Notes under the pieces: generated by a model
Told to the model about the DNA's origin: nothing
The model's input: the letters and a program-made list of their open reading frames with translations, nothing else
Database searches by the model: none
Shown: positions 1-7,898 of the stretch, in pieces
Position numbering within the stretch: the first letter of the stretch is position 1
Layout: each line of letters starts with the position of its first letter
Made by a program: the position numbers and the translations under genes
NCBI GenBank assembly: GCA_038042985.1
Contig: JBBTCZ010000042.1
Location: 6,856-70,855 of the forward strand
Direction: 5' to 3'
From: Pseudomonadota bacterium
GTDB taxonomy: Bacteria; Pseudomonadota; Gammaproteobacteria; Burkholderiales; Thiobacteraceae
DNA: 64,000 nucleotides

Positions 1-29
1 GGTCCGGTTGACCGATGGGTTGGGCGTCT
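1..29 (-). mobile_element. Partial integron-type attC site; the rest lies beyond the left window edge
   Basis: nt 14-29 GATGGGTTGGGCGTCT is identical to nt 799-814 of the complete attC-like site. It contains the GTTGGGC/GCCCAAC core (GTTRRRY/RYYYAAC) and lies 18 nt downstream of the stop of the 48..728 ORF. Confidence 0.55.
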
Positions 30-47
30 GACGACGAACTGAACTAT

Positions 48-728
48 TCATTCGCTGTACGGGAGACTTGAGATCGCGATGTCACACTCGATCCACGCTT
101 CCACAACCGTTCGAGTTATTGCGGATCCGCTGCCTTTCTCAACGACAAAGGCGAGATAGGTTTCCAGATTTCCCAGGGATGGAAACAGTGGGTCGCTCGC
201 GAAGTCTTTTGCAAGATCACCTGTCGGGTCGTCTCGCTCGGTCTGATTCTTTAGCCACGAGCAAAACGGCAGTGGTTTGTCCGTATTTACCGACGAAAGA
301 TCGCGAGTAACGTCGAAGACCAAGTCACGCGCGACCTTGAATTCAAGAGAATCGTCAGCGGCATCGCAGGCTAGGAAGACATCGGATGCGCGCGCAAGAC
401 GTGACACAAATACGCTGTGTCCGTGGGTGGCAGTGTCGTTCAGTCTTGCGTATACGGCTAAGGCAGGTTCTCTCTCAAACCATTCGCCGCGCACTGCGTG
501 GGAGCTCAGTAGGTTGTGAATGGCTCGCTCGACGGTGGGGCCGGCTTCAACCTGACCAAGGACGACGAGTTCTTCGTGCGAGCCCGTTTGCAAATTGCTG
601 AGACGGGACGAAACGAATCTGTCCGTCGTGAACCCGACCTTGACTGGGCCTGAGGTTCTGGCGCCAATGAAGTAGACAACGCCATAAATGTCAGACATCT
701 TCTTACTAGACAAGCTCTCTGTACGCAT
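48..728 (-). CDS. Cassette-borne protein: GIY-YIG-like (T5orf172/MUG113-type) N-terminal domain fused to a YozE/SAM-like C-terminal domain
   Basis: Track ORF 48..746 opens with TTG inside the attC core. The first ATG is at 728 (alternative ATG at 698). N-terminal pattern IYGVVYFIG..VKVGFT..RLSNLQTG..GEWF; C-terminal pattern DLAKDFASDPLFP..LETYLAF. The domain calls are from memory of these families. Confidence 0.6.
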   Translation of the reverse strand: MRTESLSSKKMSDIYGVVYFIGARTSGPVKVGFTTDRFVSSRLSNLQTGSHEELVVLGQVEAGPTVERAIHNLLSSHAVRGEWFEREPALAVYARLNDTATHGHSVFVSRLARASDVFLACDAADDSLEFKVARDLVFDVTRDLSSVNTDKPLPFCSWLKNQTERDDPTGDLAKDFASDPLFPSLGNLETYLAFVVEKGSGSAITRTVVEAWIECDIAISSLPYSE

Positions 729-736
729 CGGTTTTA

Positions 737-814
737 AGACGCCCAACGTTTGAATTCACAGGCGCTGCGCGGCTTTATCGCGCAGCGTCCGGTGGAATGA
801 TGGGTTGGGCGTCT
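737..814 (-). mobile_element. Complete attC-like recombination site between two cassettes
   Basis: Perfect 11-bp inverted repeat AGACGCCCAAC (737-747) / GTTGGGCGTCT (804-814). Inner stem CGCTGCGCG (763-771) / CGCGCAGCG (779-787). On the minus strand it reads GCCCAAC-5nt-ATTCCACC...TGTGAAT-TCAAAC-GTTGGGC, which is the R''-L''...L'-R' layout with one extra base in L''. Confidence 0.6.
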
Positions 815-1323
815 CACCGTTGAAAGAACCATTCCATGAACTCTTCCGCAACCTCGGGCGTGAGTTCAAGCACTGCCTCAGCGACACCGGTTTGACCTTT
901 GGCCGCAGCGATGGCTGCGAGAGCACAGGACAGAAACCCCGGTTCCCATTCTCGCGTGGCGGCACCCGCGACAAGGGCAGGCAACTGCGAAAGAGCGGAG
1001 AAGTATGCGGCCTGAAGGTCTTCCGGTATTTCGACGCCGCTCTTTTTACGACACACCTCAACCCATGCCGGAAACTGAAAGTATGTGAATTCAGCTTTGT
1101 CAGGCGCAGAAGCAAGTGCAAGAACGACATGAGGAACAGCAGCAAATGAGGCGGGGTAAACATCGCCTTGGTGGGCTAGAGCGCTCCACAAAGAAAACCA
1201 CGGCTCTTTGTTGTTCTCCGATGTGGGCAAACCGCTCAACTGGCCAAGTAGTGGCGGAATATCAGAGGCAGGCCCATAAGCATGCCGAAGTTCAGACCAA
1301 CGCGGACTATTCAGACTAAGCAA
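814..1323 (-). CDS. Cassette-borne hypothetical protein (W..L.HAYG.A.DIP.LL motif, helical-repeat-like)
   Basis: Track ORF 814..1347 has no in-frame ATG near its 5' end. The TTG at 1323 is preceded by AGGAG (1336-1332) with an 8-nt spacer. The TGA stop at 814-816 overlaps the attC R'' box. Confidence 0.5.
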   Translation of the reverse strand: MLSLNSPRWSELRHAYGPASDIPPLLGQLSGLPTSENNKEPWFSLWSALAHQGDVYPASFAAVPHVVLALASAPDKAEFTYFQFPAWVEVCRKKSGVEIPEDLQAAYFSALSQLPALVAGAATREWEPGFLSCALAAIAAAKGQTGVAEAVLELTPEVAEEFMEWFFQR

Positions 1324-1335
1324 TCCTGTGGCTCC

Positions 1336-1350
1336 TAAGACGCCCAACGT
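1336..1350 (-). mobile_element. Terminal cassette junction: R'-type core without a recognisable partner half-site
   Basis: TAAGACGCCCAACGT is identical to 735-749. No GTTRRRY partner or palindrome is seen in 1351-1548. The next gene to the right is yajQ. Confidence 0.45.
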
Positions 1351-1548
1351 AAAGTGTACAGCCTAAAAGACGGGGGATAATGCGTCACGCTGACGTATAA
1401 AGAAAAAAAGCGTTCAAAAAGTCATTAATAAGCGAAGATTCAAGCATTACATGCCATCCCATTCCGAAATTTAAATACGTCAATCGTTTGCCCCAGAACC
1501 CATCGTTTGGAGAGGTTTTGCTGCACGGCCAAGCAATGCTATAGAAAT

Positions 1549-2034
1549 TTAGTCGCGGAAATTTCCGAACTGCAAGGGAAAGTCGGTAATCGATTTTTTA
1601 ACCAGGGCAATCGCGTCTTGCAATACGTCGCGTTTCGCACCCGAGACGCGCACGGTATCGCCTTGAATGCTGGCTTGGACTTTCATCTTGCTGTCTTTGA
1701 GCAGTTTGACGATTTTTTTGGCTAGGTCGGATTCGACGCCGGTTTTGATGGTGGCGGTGCGTTTTACTTTGTTGCCGCTGACTTTTTCGGATTTGCCGAT
1801 TTCCATGCATTTGATATCCACGCCGCGTTTGATCAGTTTGGCGTTGAGGACTTCTTGCACTTGATCGAGTTTGAAGTCGTCGTCGGCAAATAGCGTCAGC
1901 ACATATTCGGCTTGTTCCACGCGCGCATCCGAGCCCTTGAAGTCGAAGCGGTTGGTGACTTCCTTGTTCACTTGTTCCACGGCGTTTTTGACTTCTTGCT
2001 TGTCCACTTCGGACATGATGTCGAACGAGGGCAT
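1549..2034 (-). CDS. yajQ: YajQ-family nucleotide / cyclic-di-GMP-binding protein (UPF0234)
   Basis: 161 aa; [28 protein letters not shown] is the characteristic YajQ N-terminus. Confidence 0.85.
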   Translation of the reverse strand: MPSFDIMSEVDKQEVKNAVEQVNKEVTNRFDFKGSDARVEQAEYVLTLFADDDFKLDQVQEVLNAKLIKRGVDIKCMEIGKSEKVSGNKVKRTATIKTGVESDLAKKIVKLLKDSKMKVQASIQGDTVRVSGAKRDVLQDAIALVKKSITDFPLQFGNFRD

Positions 2035-2042
2035 GGCGACTC

Positions 2043-2624
2043 CTATTTCTGTTTGGGTGCGCGGATGAGGTGGCTGCTGATCGGGCCGCCGGTGCTGTCG
2101 TCGAATTCGGCGGCGGCTTCCACCGCTAAGCGGGCCAGTGATTCGGCGTTGAGTTTGGGCTGATCGTAGGCGGCGTACAGCGCACCCATGGCGTAGTCCG
2201 CGCCTGCGCCGTAGGCGTAGAACTTGGAAAATTCCTGCACCGTGCGATGCGGCGCCACGCCGAAGATGCCGTGCGCGTTGACGATCAGTACGTACATGCG
2301 CGAGGTTTCAAGATCGTCTTCCTTGTCCTCGTGCGCATTCAGGAAATAGCGTTCTTTCATGGCCACGTGCAGTTCTTGCCAGGTGCGGAAAATGCTCGGT
2401 ACCGAGTCGAACTTGGGTGGGGTTTCAAGTTGCGAAAAGTACTCGGTGAGGATTAACTTAAAAGTAGTGGTGCCGGTAATCGCTAAAAAACTGTCGCCGA
2501 CTTGAAAGATTTTCTCGTGGTTGGTGACGTAGATCGACGACTCCTTAGTGCTGCCCCATTTAGTGAGCGTGTCCGCTGCGATGGCGAACTGGCCGTTTTT
2601 GCGGACGACAGCGAGGGTGGTCAT
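2043..2624 (-). CDS. Proteasome-type Ntn hydrolase, HslV-like (BPH-type betaproteobacterial proteasome homologue)
   Basis: 193 aa. It starts [18 protein letters not shown] (compare HslV MTTIVSVRRNGHVVIAGD), so Thr2 would be the nucleophile. It retains [11 protein letters not shown] and C-terminal DDSTGGP segments. Confidence 0.6.
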   Translation of the reverse strand: MTTLAVVRKNGQFAIAADTLTKWGSTKESSIYVTNHEKIFQVGDSFLAITGTTTFKLILTEYFSQLETPPKFDSVPSIFRTWQELHVAMKERYFLNAHEDKEDDLETSRMYVLIVNAHGIFGVAPHRTVQEFSKFYAYGAGADYAMGALYAAYDQPKLNAESLARLAVEAAAEFDDSTGGPISSHLIRAPKQK

Positions 2625-2627
2625 GGC

Positions 2628-2939
2628 TTATTTGAAGTGACAGACGTAATCGAGCGTTTCGATGGTTTCGATCTCGAAACTGCTGTTGCCCGGCACGCTG
2701 AAAGTTTGCCCGGCGGAGTAAGTTTGCCAATCATTGCTGCCTGCGAGTTTGATCTTGCACACGCCGCCGTTGATTTCCATGTCCTCGGGCGCACCGGTAT
2801 TGAACGTGAGTTTGCTGGGGAAAATGACGCCACAGGTTTTTTTCGTGCCGTCGGCAAACAGCACAGTGTGCGAGACGCACTTGCCATCGAAGTACAGGTT
2901 GGCTTTTTTGACGATGCTGACGTTATCGAATTGAGTCAT
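2628..2939 (-). CDS. ppnP: Pyrimidine/purine nucleoside phosphorylase PpnP (YaiE/DUF1255)
   Basis: ATG at 2939 (MTQFDNV..). [22 protein letters not shown] resembles E. coli YaiE. Confidence 0.75.
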   Translation of the reverse strand: MTQFDNVSIVKKANLYFDGKCVSHTVLFADGTKKTCGVIFPSKLTFNTGAPEDMEINGGVCKIKLAGSNDWQTYSAGQTFSVPGNSSFEIETIETLDYVCHFK

Positions 2940-2957
2940 GATTTTCCTTAAGAACAA

Positions 2958-3040
2958 TTAACCACGGGGTACACGGAGGTCACGGGGAAAGCAGTCAATG
3001 TTGCGCCTTCCCCGTGTGCCCCGTGATCCCCGTGGTTCAA
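2958..3040. repeat. Palindromic REP-like element, CACGGGG family (inverted doublet)
   Basis: Left arm TTAACCACGGGGTACACGGAGGTCACGGGGAA (2958-2989). Right arm TTCCCCGTGTGCCCCGTGATCCCCGTGGTTCAA (3008-3040). 18-nt loop. Lies between argG and ppnP. Confidence 0.8.
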
Positions 3041-4254
3041 CGATTTTTCCTCTTCGCCGCAATGCGCATGCGCAGCGCATTGAGTTTGATAAAGCCACCG
3101 GCATCGGCTTGGTTATAGGCGCCCGCATCGTCCTCAAACGTGGCGATGGTGGGATCGAATAGCGAATCGGTTTTCGAGTCGCGGCCCACTACGGTGACAT
3201 TGCCTTTGTAGAGTTTGACGCGCACCCAGCCATTGACGCTATCTTGCGTGTTGTCGATCAAGCCTTGCAGCGCAAGACGCTCCGGGCTCCACCAATAACC
3301 ATTGTAGATCAGCGAAGCATAGCGCGGCATCAGGTCGTCTTTGAGATGGGCTACTTCGCGGTCGAGGGTGATGGATTCGATGGCGCGGTGCGCTTTCAGC
3401 ATGATGGTGCCGCCGGGGGTTTCGTAGCAGCCGCGCGATTTCATGCCCACGTAGCGGTTTTCCACCAAATCCAGGCGGCCGATGCCGTGCTTGCCGCCGA
3501 GGCGGTTGAGTTCGGCCAAGACGCTCGCGGCGATCAGGGTTTTGCCGTTGAGCGCGACAATGTCGCCATGCTTGAATTCGAGTTCGAGATATTCGGGCGC
3601 ATCAGGGGCTTTCTCCGGGGATACCGTCCAGCGCCACATATCTTCTTCCGGCTCCACTGCCGGGTCTTCCAGCGCGCGGCCTTCATAGCTGATGTGCAGC
3701 AGGTTGGCGTCCATGCTGTAGGGGCTACCGCCGGCTTTGTGCTTCATCTCCACCGGGATACCGTGCTGGGCTGCATAAGCGAGGAGTTTTTCACGCGAGA
3801 GCAGATCCCACTCGCGCCACGGCGCGATGATTTTGATGTCGGGGTTCAGCGCATAGGCGCCGAGCTCAAAGCGCACTTGATCGTTGCCCTTGCCGGTGGC
3901 GCCGTGGGAAATGGCGCTGGCGCCGGTCATCTTGGCGATTTCGATTAAGCGCTTGGCGATGAGTGGGCGCGCGATTGAGGTGCCGAGCAAATACTCGCCT
4001 TCATACACCGTATTGGCACGGAACATCGGGAACACATAATCGCGCACGAATTCTTCGCGCAGGTCGTCGATGAAGATTTCTTTCACGCCGAATTGTTTGG
4101 CTTTCGCGCGCGCGGGTTCGAGTTCTTCCCCTTGGCCGATATCGGCGGTGAAGGTGACGACTTCACATTGGTAGGTATCTTGCAGCCATTTTAAAATGAC
4201 CGAGGTGTCCAGCCCGCCGGAGTAGGCGAGCACGACTTTATTGCTTGAGCTCAT
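3037..4254 (-). CDS. argG: Argininosuccinate synthase
   Basis: 405 aa; [13 protein letters not shown]-pyrophosphatase motif and overall ArgG pattern. Confidence 0.95.
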   Translation of the reverse strand: MSSSNKVVLAYSGGLDTSVILKWLQDTYQCEVVTFTADIGQGEELEPARAKAKQFGVKEIFIDDLREEFVRDYVFPMFRANTVYEGEYLLGTSIARPLIAKRLIEIAKMTGASAISHGATGKGNDQVRFELGAYALNPDIKIIAPWREWDLLSREKLLAYAAQHGIPVEMKHKAGGSPYSMDANLLHISYEGRALEDPAVEPEEDMWRWTVSPEKAPDAPEYLELEFKHGDIVALNGKTLIAASVLAELNRLGGKHGIGRLDLVENRYVGMKSRGCYETPGGTIMLKAHRAIESITLDREVAHLKDDLMPRYASLIYNGYWWSPERLALQGLIDNTQDSVNGWVRVKLYKGNVTVVGRDSKTDSLFDPTIATFEDDAGAYNQADAGGFIKLNALRMRIAAKRKNR

Positions 4255-4295
4255 ATGTGACCTTGCGATAAAGGGTGAATCTTAAAACTGCTTTT

Positions 4296-4317
4296 TAACC
4301 ACGGGGGACACGGGGAA
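4296..4317. repeat. Single arm of the CACGGGG REP-like family
   Basis: TTAACCACGGGGGACACGGGGAAAAC, with the same head as the 2958 and 33944 copies. No inverted partner is seen nearby. Confidence 0.6.
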
Positions 4318-4375
4318 AACAAAAACCTTTCCTGGTTAGCAACGGTATTTAGCCAAAATGGGCTACCGCTATATT

Positions 4376-4460
4376 CCTTCCCCCTGCCAGGGGGAAGGTT
4401 AGGATGGGGGTGAAAAATTCTTGATCCCCGCCCTAACCCTCCCCTTGGCAAGGGGAGGGG
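4376..4460. repeat. Second REP-like family: inverted doublet of GGGGAAGGTTAGG-type hairpin units
   Basis: Left CCTTCCCCCTGCCAGGGGGAAGGTTAGGATGGGGG (4376-4410). The right arm (4426-4460) is its imperfect reverse complement. Each arm contains its own small hairpin. Confidence 0.7.
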
Positions 4461-4472
4461 ACTCACTTCGTT

Positions 4473-5393
4473 TCATGATTCGATACGACCCAGCAGTAAA
4501 TATTCGAGCAATGCTTTTTGCGCATGCAGCCGATTCTCGGCTTCATCCCACACAATGCTTTGCGGGCCGTCGATCACGGCGGCGGCGACTTCTTCGCCGC
4601 GGTGCGCGGGCAAGCAGTGCATGAACAGCGCGTCGGGTTTGGCCACCGCCATCATGTCTTCATCCACTTGCCAATCGGCGAAATCGCGTTTGCGTTCTTC
4701 GTTCTCCGCTTCAAACCCCATGCTGGTCCACACATCGGTGGTAACCAAATCGGCATCGCGCGCCGCTTGCATCGGGTCGGCGAATTCTTCGTAGTGATCG
4801 GTGCCGTACAGGCCCGCGCGTTCCGGCTCGACTTCGTAGCCGGGCGGGGTCGAGACGTGCACGTTGAAGTCGAATACTTCGGCCGCTTGCAGCCAGGTAT
4901 TGCACACATTGTTGGAGTCGCCGATCCAGGCCACGGTCTTGCCTTGAATCGAGCCGCGCTGCTCAATATAGGTGTAGATGTCGGCCAGAATTTGGCATGG
5001 ATGATATTCGTTGGTGAGGCCGTTGATCACCGGCACGCGCGAGTGGCCGGCAAAACGCTCGATGATGTCTTGCTCAAATGTGCGGATCATCACTACATCG
5101 CTCATGCGCGAAATCACCTGCGCCGCGTCTTCCACCGGCTCGCCGCGCCCGAGTTGGGAGTCGCGCGTGTTGAGGTAAATCGCCGCGCCGCCGAGCTGCT
5201 GCATACCGGCTTCAAACGAGAGCCGGGTGCGTGTGGAGGCTTTTTCGAAAATCATCACCAGCGTGCGGTCGGCCAAGGGCCAATAGCGACGGTAAGCCTT
5301 GAATTCAGTTTTAATCCAACGAGTGCGCGCGAACAGGTAATCCAGCTCGTCGCGGGTGAAATCTTTGAATTGCAGAAAATGCTTGATGGGCAT
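4473..5393 (-). CDS. argF: Ornithine carbamoyltransferase
   Basis: 306 aa; STRTR, HPCQ, DVWTSMG and HCLPA motifs. Confidence 0.9.
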   Translation of the reverse strand: MPIKHFLQFKDFTRDELDYLFARTRWIKTEFKAYRRYWPLADRTLVMIFEKASTRTRLSFEAGMQQLGGAAIYLNTRDSQLGRGEPVEDAAQVISRMSDVVMIRTFEQDIIERFAGHSRVPVINGLTNEYHPCQILADIYTYIEQRGSIQGKTVAWIGDSNNVCNTWLQAAEVFDFNVHVSTPPGYEVEPERAGLYGTDHYEEFADPMQAARDADLVTTDVWTSMGFEAENEERKRDFADWQVDEDMMAVAKPDALFMHCLPAHRGEEVAAAVIDGPQSIVWDEAENRLHAQKALLEYLLLGRIES

Positions 5394-5395
5394 GA

Positions 5396-6574
5396 TCAGG
5401 CCGCCTGGGCGAGGAATTCCTTCACCAGCGGTGCTACGCCGGCGATGAGAGCGCTTGCTTCCTGCTCATTCATGATGAGCGGGGGCACCAAGCGGATGAC
5501 TTTATCCGAGGTCACATTGATGATGAAACCTTGCGCCAGCGCACGCTGCACCAGATCGGCGCAGGGCCGATCGAGCTCGATGCCGATCATCAGGCCATGG
5601 CCGCGCACCTGCGTCACACCGGCCACGCCGGCAAACGCTTGCTTGAGACCATCCACGATGAATTGCCCGATGCGGCTGGCATTGGGCAGCAGGCCCTCGT
5701 CTTCGATGGCTTGCAGGGTAGTGAGTGCAGCCGTACACGCCAGCGGATTGCCACCGAAGGTCGAGCCATGATTGCCGGGCTTGAATAGCTCGGCCGCCGC
5801 GCCGCGCGCGAGACAAGCGCCGATCGGCATACCGCTGCCCAAGCCTTTGGCCAAGGTCATCACATCGGGCTTAATCGCGGTATGTTGATGCTCGAACCAT
5901 GTGCCGGTGCGGCCGATACCGCTTTGCACTTCGTCCAGCATGAACAGCCAGTCGTTCTCATCGCAAATCTGACGCAGCGCGCCCAGATACTCGGCGTCGG
6001 GAATGTTAATGCCGCCTTCGCCCTGCACCGGTTCGACCAGCAGCGCGACGATATTTTTATTGTGCGTGGCGGCTTGGCGCACCGCTTCTACATCGTTGTA
6101 CGGCACGCGCGCGAACCCGGCCAGTAGCGGCTCGAACCCGGCTTGCACCTTGCGGCTACCAGTGGCGGTCAAGGTCGCCATGGTGCGGCCGTGGAAGCTC
6201 TTGTCCATCACCACGATGGTGGGGATTTCGACGCCTTTCTGATGACCATAGAGCCGGGCCAATTTGATCGCGGCCTCGTTCGCTTCGCAGCCGGAATTGC
6301 AGAAAAAAACGTTATCCATGGCGGATATCTCGCACAGTTTGTCGGCGAGCTTTTCTTGCAGCGGAATTTGGTAAAGATTGGAGCTGTGGATCAAGGTCTT
6401 GGCTTGCTCGCAAATCGCTTGGGTGAGCTTGGGGTGGGCATGGCCCAAGGTATTGACCGCAACCCCGGCTACGCCGTCCAGGTAGCGCTGTCCCTCTGCA
6501 TCCCACAACCAAACGCCTTCGCCGCGCACGAACGCGACGGGGAGCCGGGCATAGGTATTCATCAAATGCGACAT
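5396..6574 (-). CDS. argD: Acetylornithine aminotransferase (class III PLP aminotransferase)
   Basis: 392 aa; class-III aminotransferase pattern (NSGCEANE, DEVQ.G.GRTG, TFGGNPLA). Lies 2 nt upstream of argF. Confidence 0.85.
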   Translation of the reverse strand: MSHLMNTYARLPVAFVRGEGVWLWDAEGQRYLDGVAGVAVNTLGHAHPKLTQAICEQAKTLIHSSNLYQIPLQEKLADKLCEISAMDNVFFCNSGCEANEAAIKLARLYGHQKGVEIPTIVVMDKSFHGRTMATLTATGSRKVQAGFEPLLAGFARVPYNDVEAVRQAATHNKNIVALLVEPVQGEGGINIPDAEYLGALRQICDENDWLFMLDEVQSGIGRTGTWFEHQHTAIKPDVMTLAKGLGSGMPIGACLARGAAAELFKPGNHGSTFGGNPLACTAALTTLQAIEDEGLLPNASRIGQFIVDGLKQAFAGVAGVTQVRGHGLMIGIELDRPCADLVQRALAQGFIINVTSDKVIRLVPPLIMNEQEASALIAGVAPLVKEFLAQAA

Positions 6575-6584
6575 TTCAACTCAC

Positions 6585-6618
6585 CAAAAAAGCACACGGC
6601 GGCAAAAGCCGCCGTGTG
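6585..6618 (-). terminator. Rho-independent terminator after the 6650..7135 gene
   Basis: Stem CACACGGCGGC (6593-6603) / GCCGCCGTGTG (6608-6618), 4-nt loop, followed on the minus strand by a T-run (A6 at 6586-6591 on the plus strand). Confidence 0.7.
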
Positions 6619-6649
6619 GATTGCGTAAGCGCTAAATTATAAGGTGTTT

Positions 6650-7135
6650 TTAGATGCCGTGCACCCCTACGCCCATGAAGAACAGCATGGGGATGGAGAG
6701 CATGGTATTGGTGCGCGAAGCCAGGAAGGCAACGCGGCGAGCGGTGGCCTTTTCCGCATCACTAGCGGGTTTCATGCCCAGGATCTTCTTCTGGTTAGGC
6801 CAAATCAGGCCCCAGACGTTGAACAGCATGATGGTGCCCAGCCAAGCGCCCAGGCCGATCATGGCGGCAGAAGGTTGCAGCGTAAATGCCGGCACAAAAC
6901 GTGCACCCAACAGCGCAGCGCCCGCCAGCCAAGTCACCAAGGCAGCCCAACGGAAGAAAAACAAGGCGCGCGGCGCGATATGCTTGGTGATGCCAGCATT
7001 GGTGCCGTCAGCGGTCGCGTCTTTCAGAGCAGCCACTTGCACGAAATTGAAGTAATACAGCAGGCCGATCCACATGACGCCCGCCATGAAGTGAATCCAA
7101 CGGAAAATAGCCATCGTTACAATCGATTGTTCCAT
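6650..7135 (-). CDS. Integral membrane protein; resembles the transmembrane domain of PuuD-type urate hydroxylases (function uncertain)
   Basis: 161 aa with about 4 hydrophobic segments. The motif IHFMAGVMWIGLLYYFNFVQ is the basis for the family guess. Confidence 0.6.
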   Translation of the reverse strand: MEQSIVTMAIFRWIHFMAGVMWIGLLYYFNFVQVAALKDATADGTNAGITKHIAPRALFFFRWAALVTWLAGAALLGARFVPAFTLQPSAAMIGLGAWLGTIMLFNVWGLIWPNQKKILGMKPASDAEKATARRVAFLASRTNTMLSIPMLFFMGVGVHGI

Positions 7136-7140
7136 GTTGC

Positions 7141-7242
7141 TTACCCCTTAATCAGAAAGTTGATGGCGACGTAGTACAACACTACGGTCAGGATCAGGCC
7201 GGAAATGACCGTCCCCCAGAGAGAGTCCAATGGATTTTTCAT
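7141..7242 (-). CDS. Small (33 aa) single-pass membrane peptide, below the ORF-track size cutoff
   Basis: ATG at 7242 preceded by AAGGAGG. It translates to MKNPLDSLWGTVISGLILTVVLYYVAINFLIKG. The TAA stop is 5 nt before the ATG of the 6650..7135 gene. Confidence 0.5.
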   Translation of the reverse strand: MKNPLDSLWGTVISGLILTVVLYYVAINFLIKG

Positions 7243-7491
7243 GCGGTTCCTCCTTGAAATGCACGATGGTTTAGGAATGGTGTAGCGATACAGTCGGATA
7301 TTTTTAGTGAAACCGCCGTCTCATGCAAGCGGAAAATAAAATTAGGCGATATTCCAGGGTCTTGAGGTGACGCCCTGGTGTGTGCTCAAGATAACGATTT
7401 ACAGCAGGAAGACGGCGAGGAATGGGTATAAACCCATCCTGAAGCGGCGGCCGTCGTGAATTGACGTCCCTCCGCTTGCAGGTGAAGGATA

Positions 7492-7755
7492 TTAAGCCAG
7501 CGCTTTGATTTGCGCAGACAAGCGGCTCTTATGGCGAGCAGCTTTGTTTTTGTGGACAATTTTCTTGTCCGCAATGCGGTCGATAACGCTGACGGATTCT
7601 TGATAAATCTTCTGGGCGGCGGCTTTGTCGCCGGCGCCAACCGCTTTTTGCACTTTCTTGATTGCAGTACGCAACTCCGAGCGCAGGCTCGCGTTGTGCA
7701 TATTCTGCTTGATCGACTGACGCGCGCGCTTGCGGGCTTGTGCCGAATTGGCCAT
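7492..7755 (-). CDS. rpsT: 30S ribosomal protein S20
   Basis: 87 aa; [14 protein letters not shown].. is the typical S20 N-terminus. Confidence 0.95.
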   Translation of the reverse strand: MANSAQARKRARQSIKQNMHNASLRSELRTAIKKVQKAVGAGDKAAAQKIYQESVSVIDRIADKKIVHKNKAARHKSRLSAQIKALA

Positions 7756-7898
7756 GACTATCTCCTAAAAGCTTTGAATTAGCGAAAACCGCGCATTTTA
7801 AGCGCTTAGATAGCCTTTGGCAATGACCTTGACACGATCTTGGCGGCTAAACTGCTTATAATCAGCGCTTTGTTAACATCTGCGTGCGTTGATTTCCC

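Noticed and set aside
1351-1548. attI site, Pc promoter or intI remnant to the right of the last cassette junction
   Set aside because: This AT-rich 198 bp contains no GTTRRRY partner, no convincing -35/-10 pair on the minus strand, and no recombinase-like reading frame.
2958-4460. CRISPR-like array from the repeated CACGGGG and GGGGAAGG units
   Set aside because: The units are arranged as inverted (palindromic) pairs with irregular spacing, and there are no uniform spacers or cas genes. They are REP-like elements.
4518-5771. 417-aa plus-strand ORF spanning argF/argD
   Set aside because: It is antisense to two well-supported genes with strong family motifs. Its product is Arg/Gly/Ala-rich and low in complexity, typical of shadow ORFs in GC-rich DNA.
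7829-7862. Perfect TTGACA and TATAAT hexamers upstream of murJ
   Set aside because: The spacer is 22 nt by my count, too long for a functional sigma70 promoter, so the pair is probably fortuitous.
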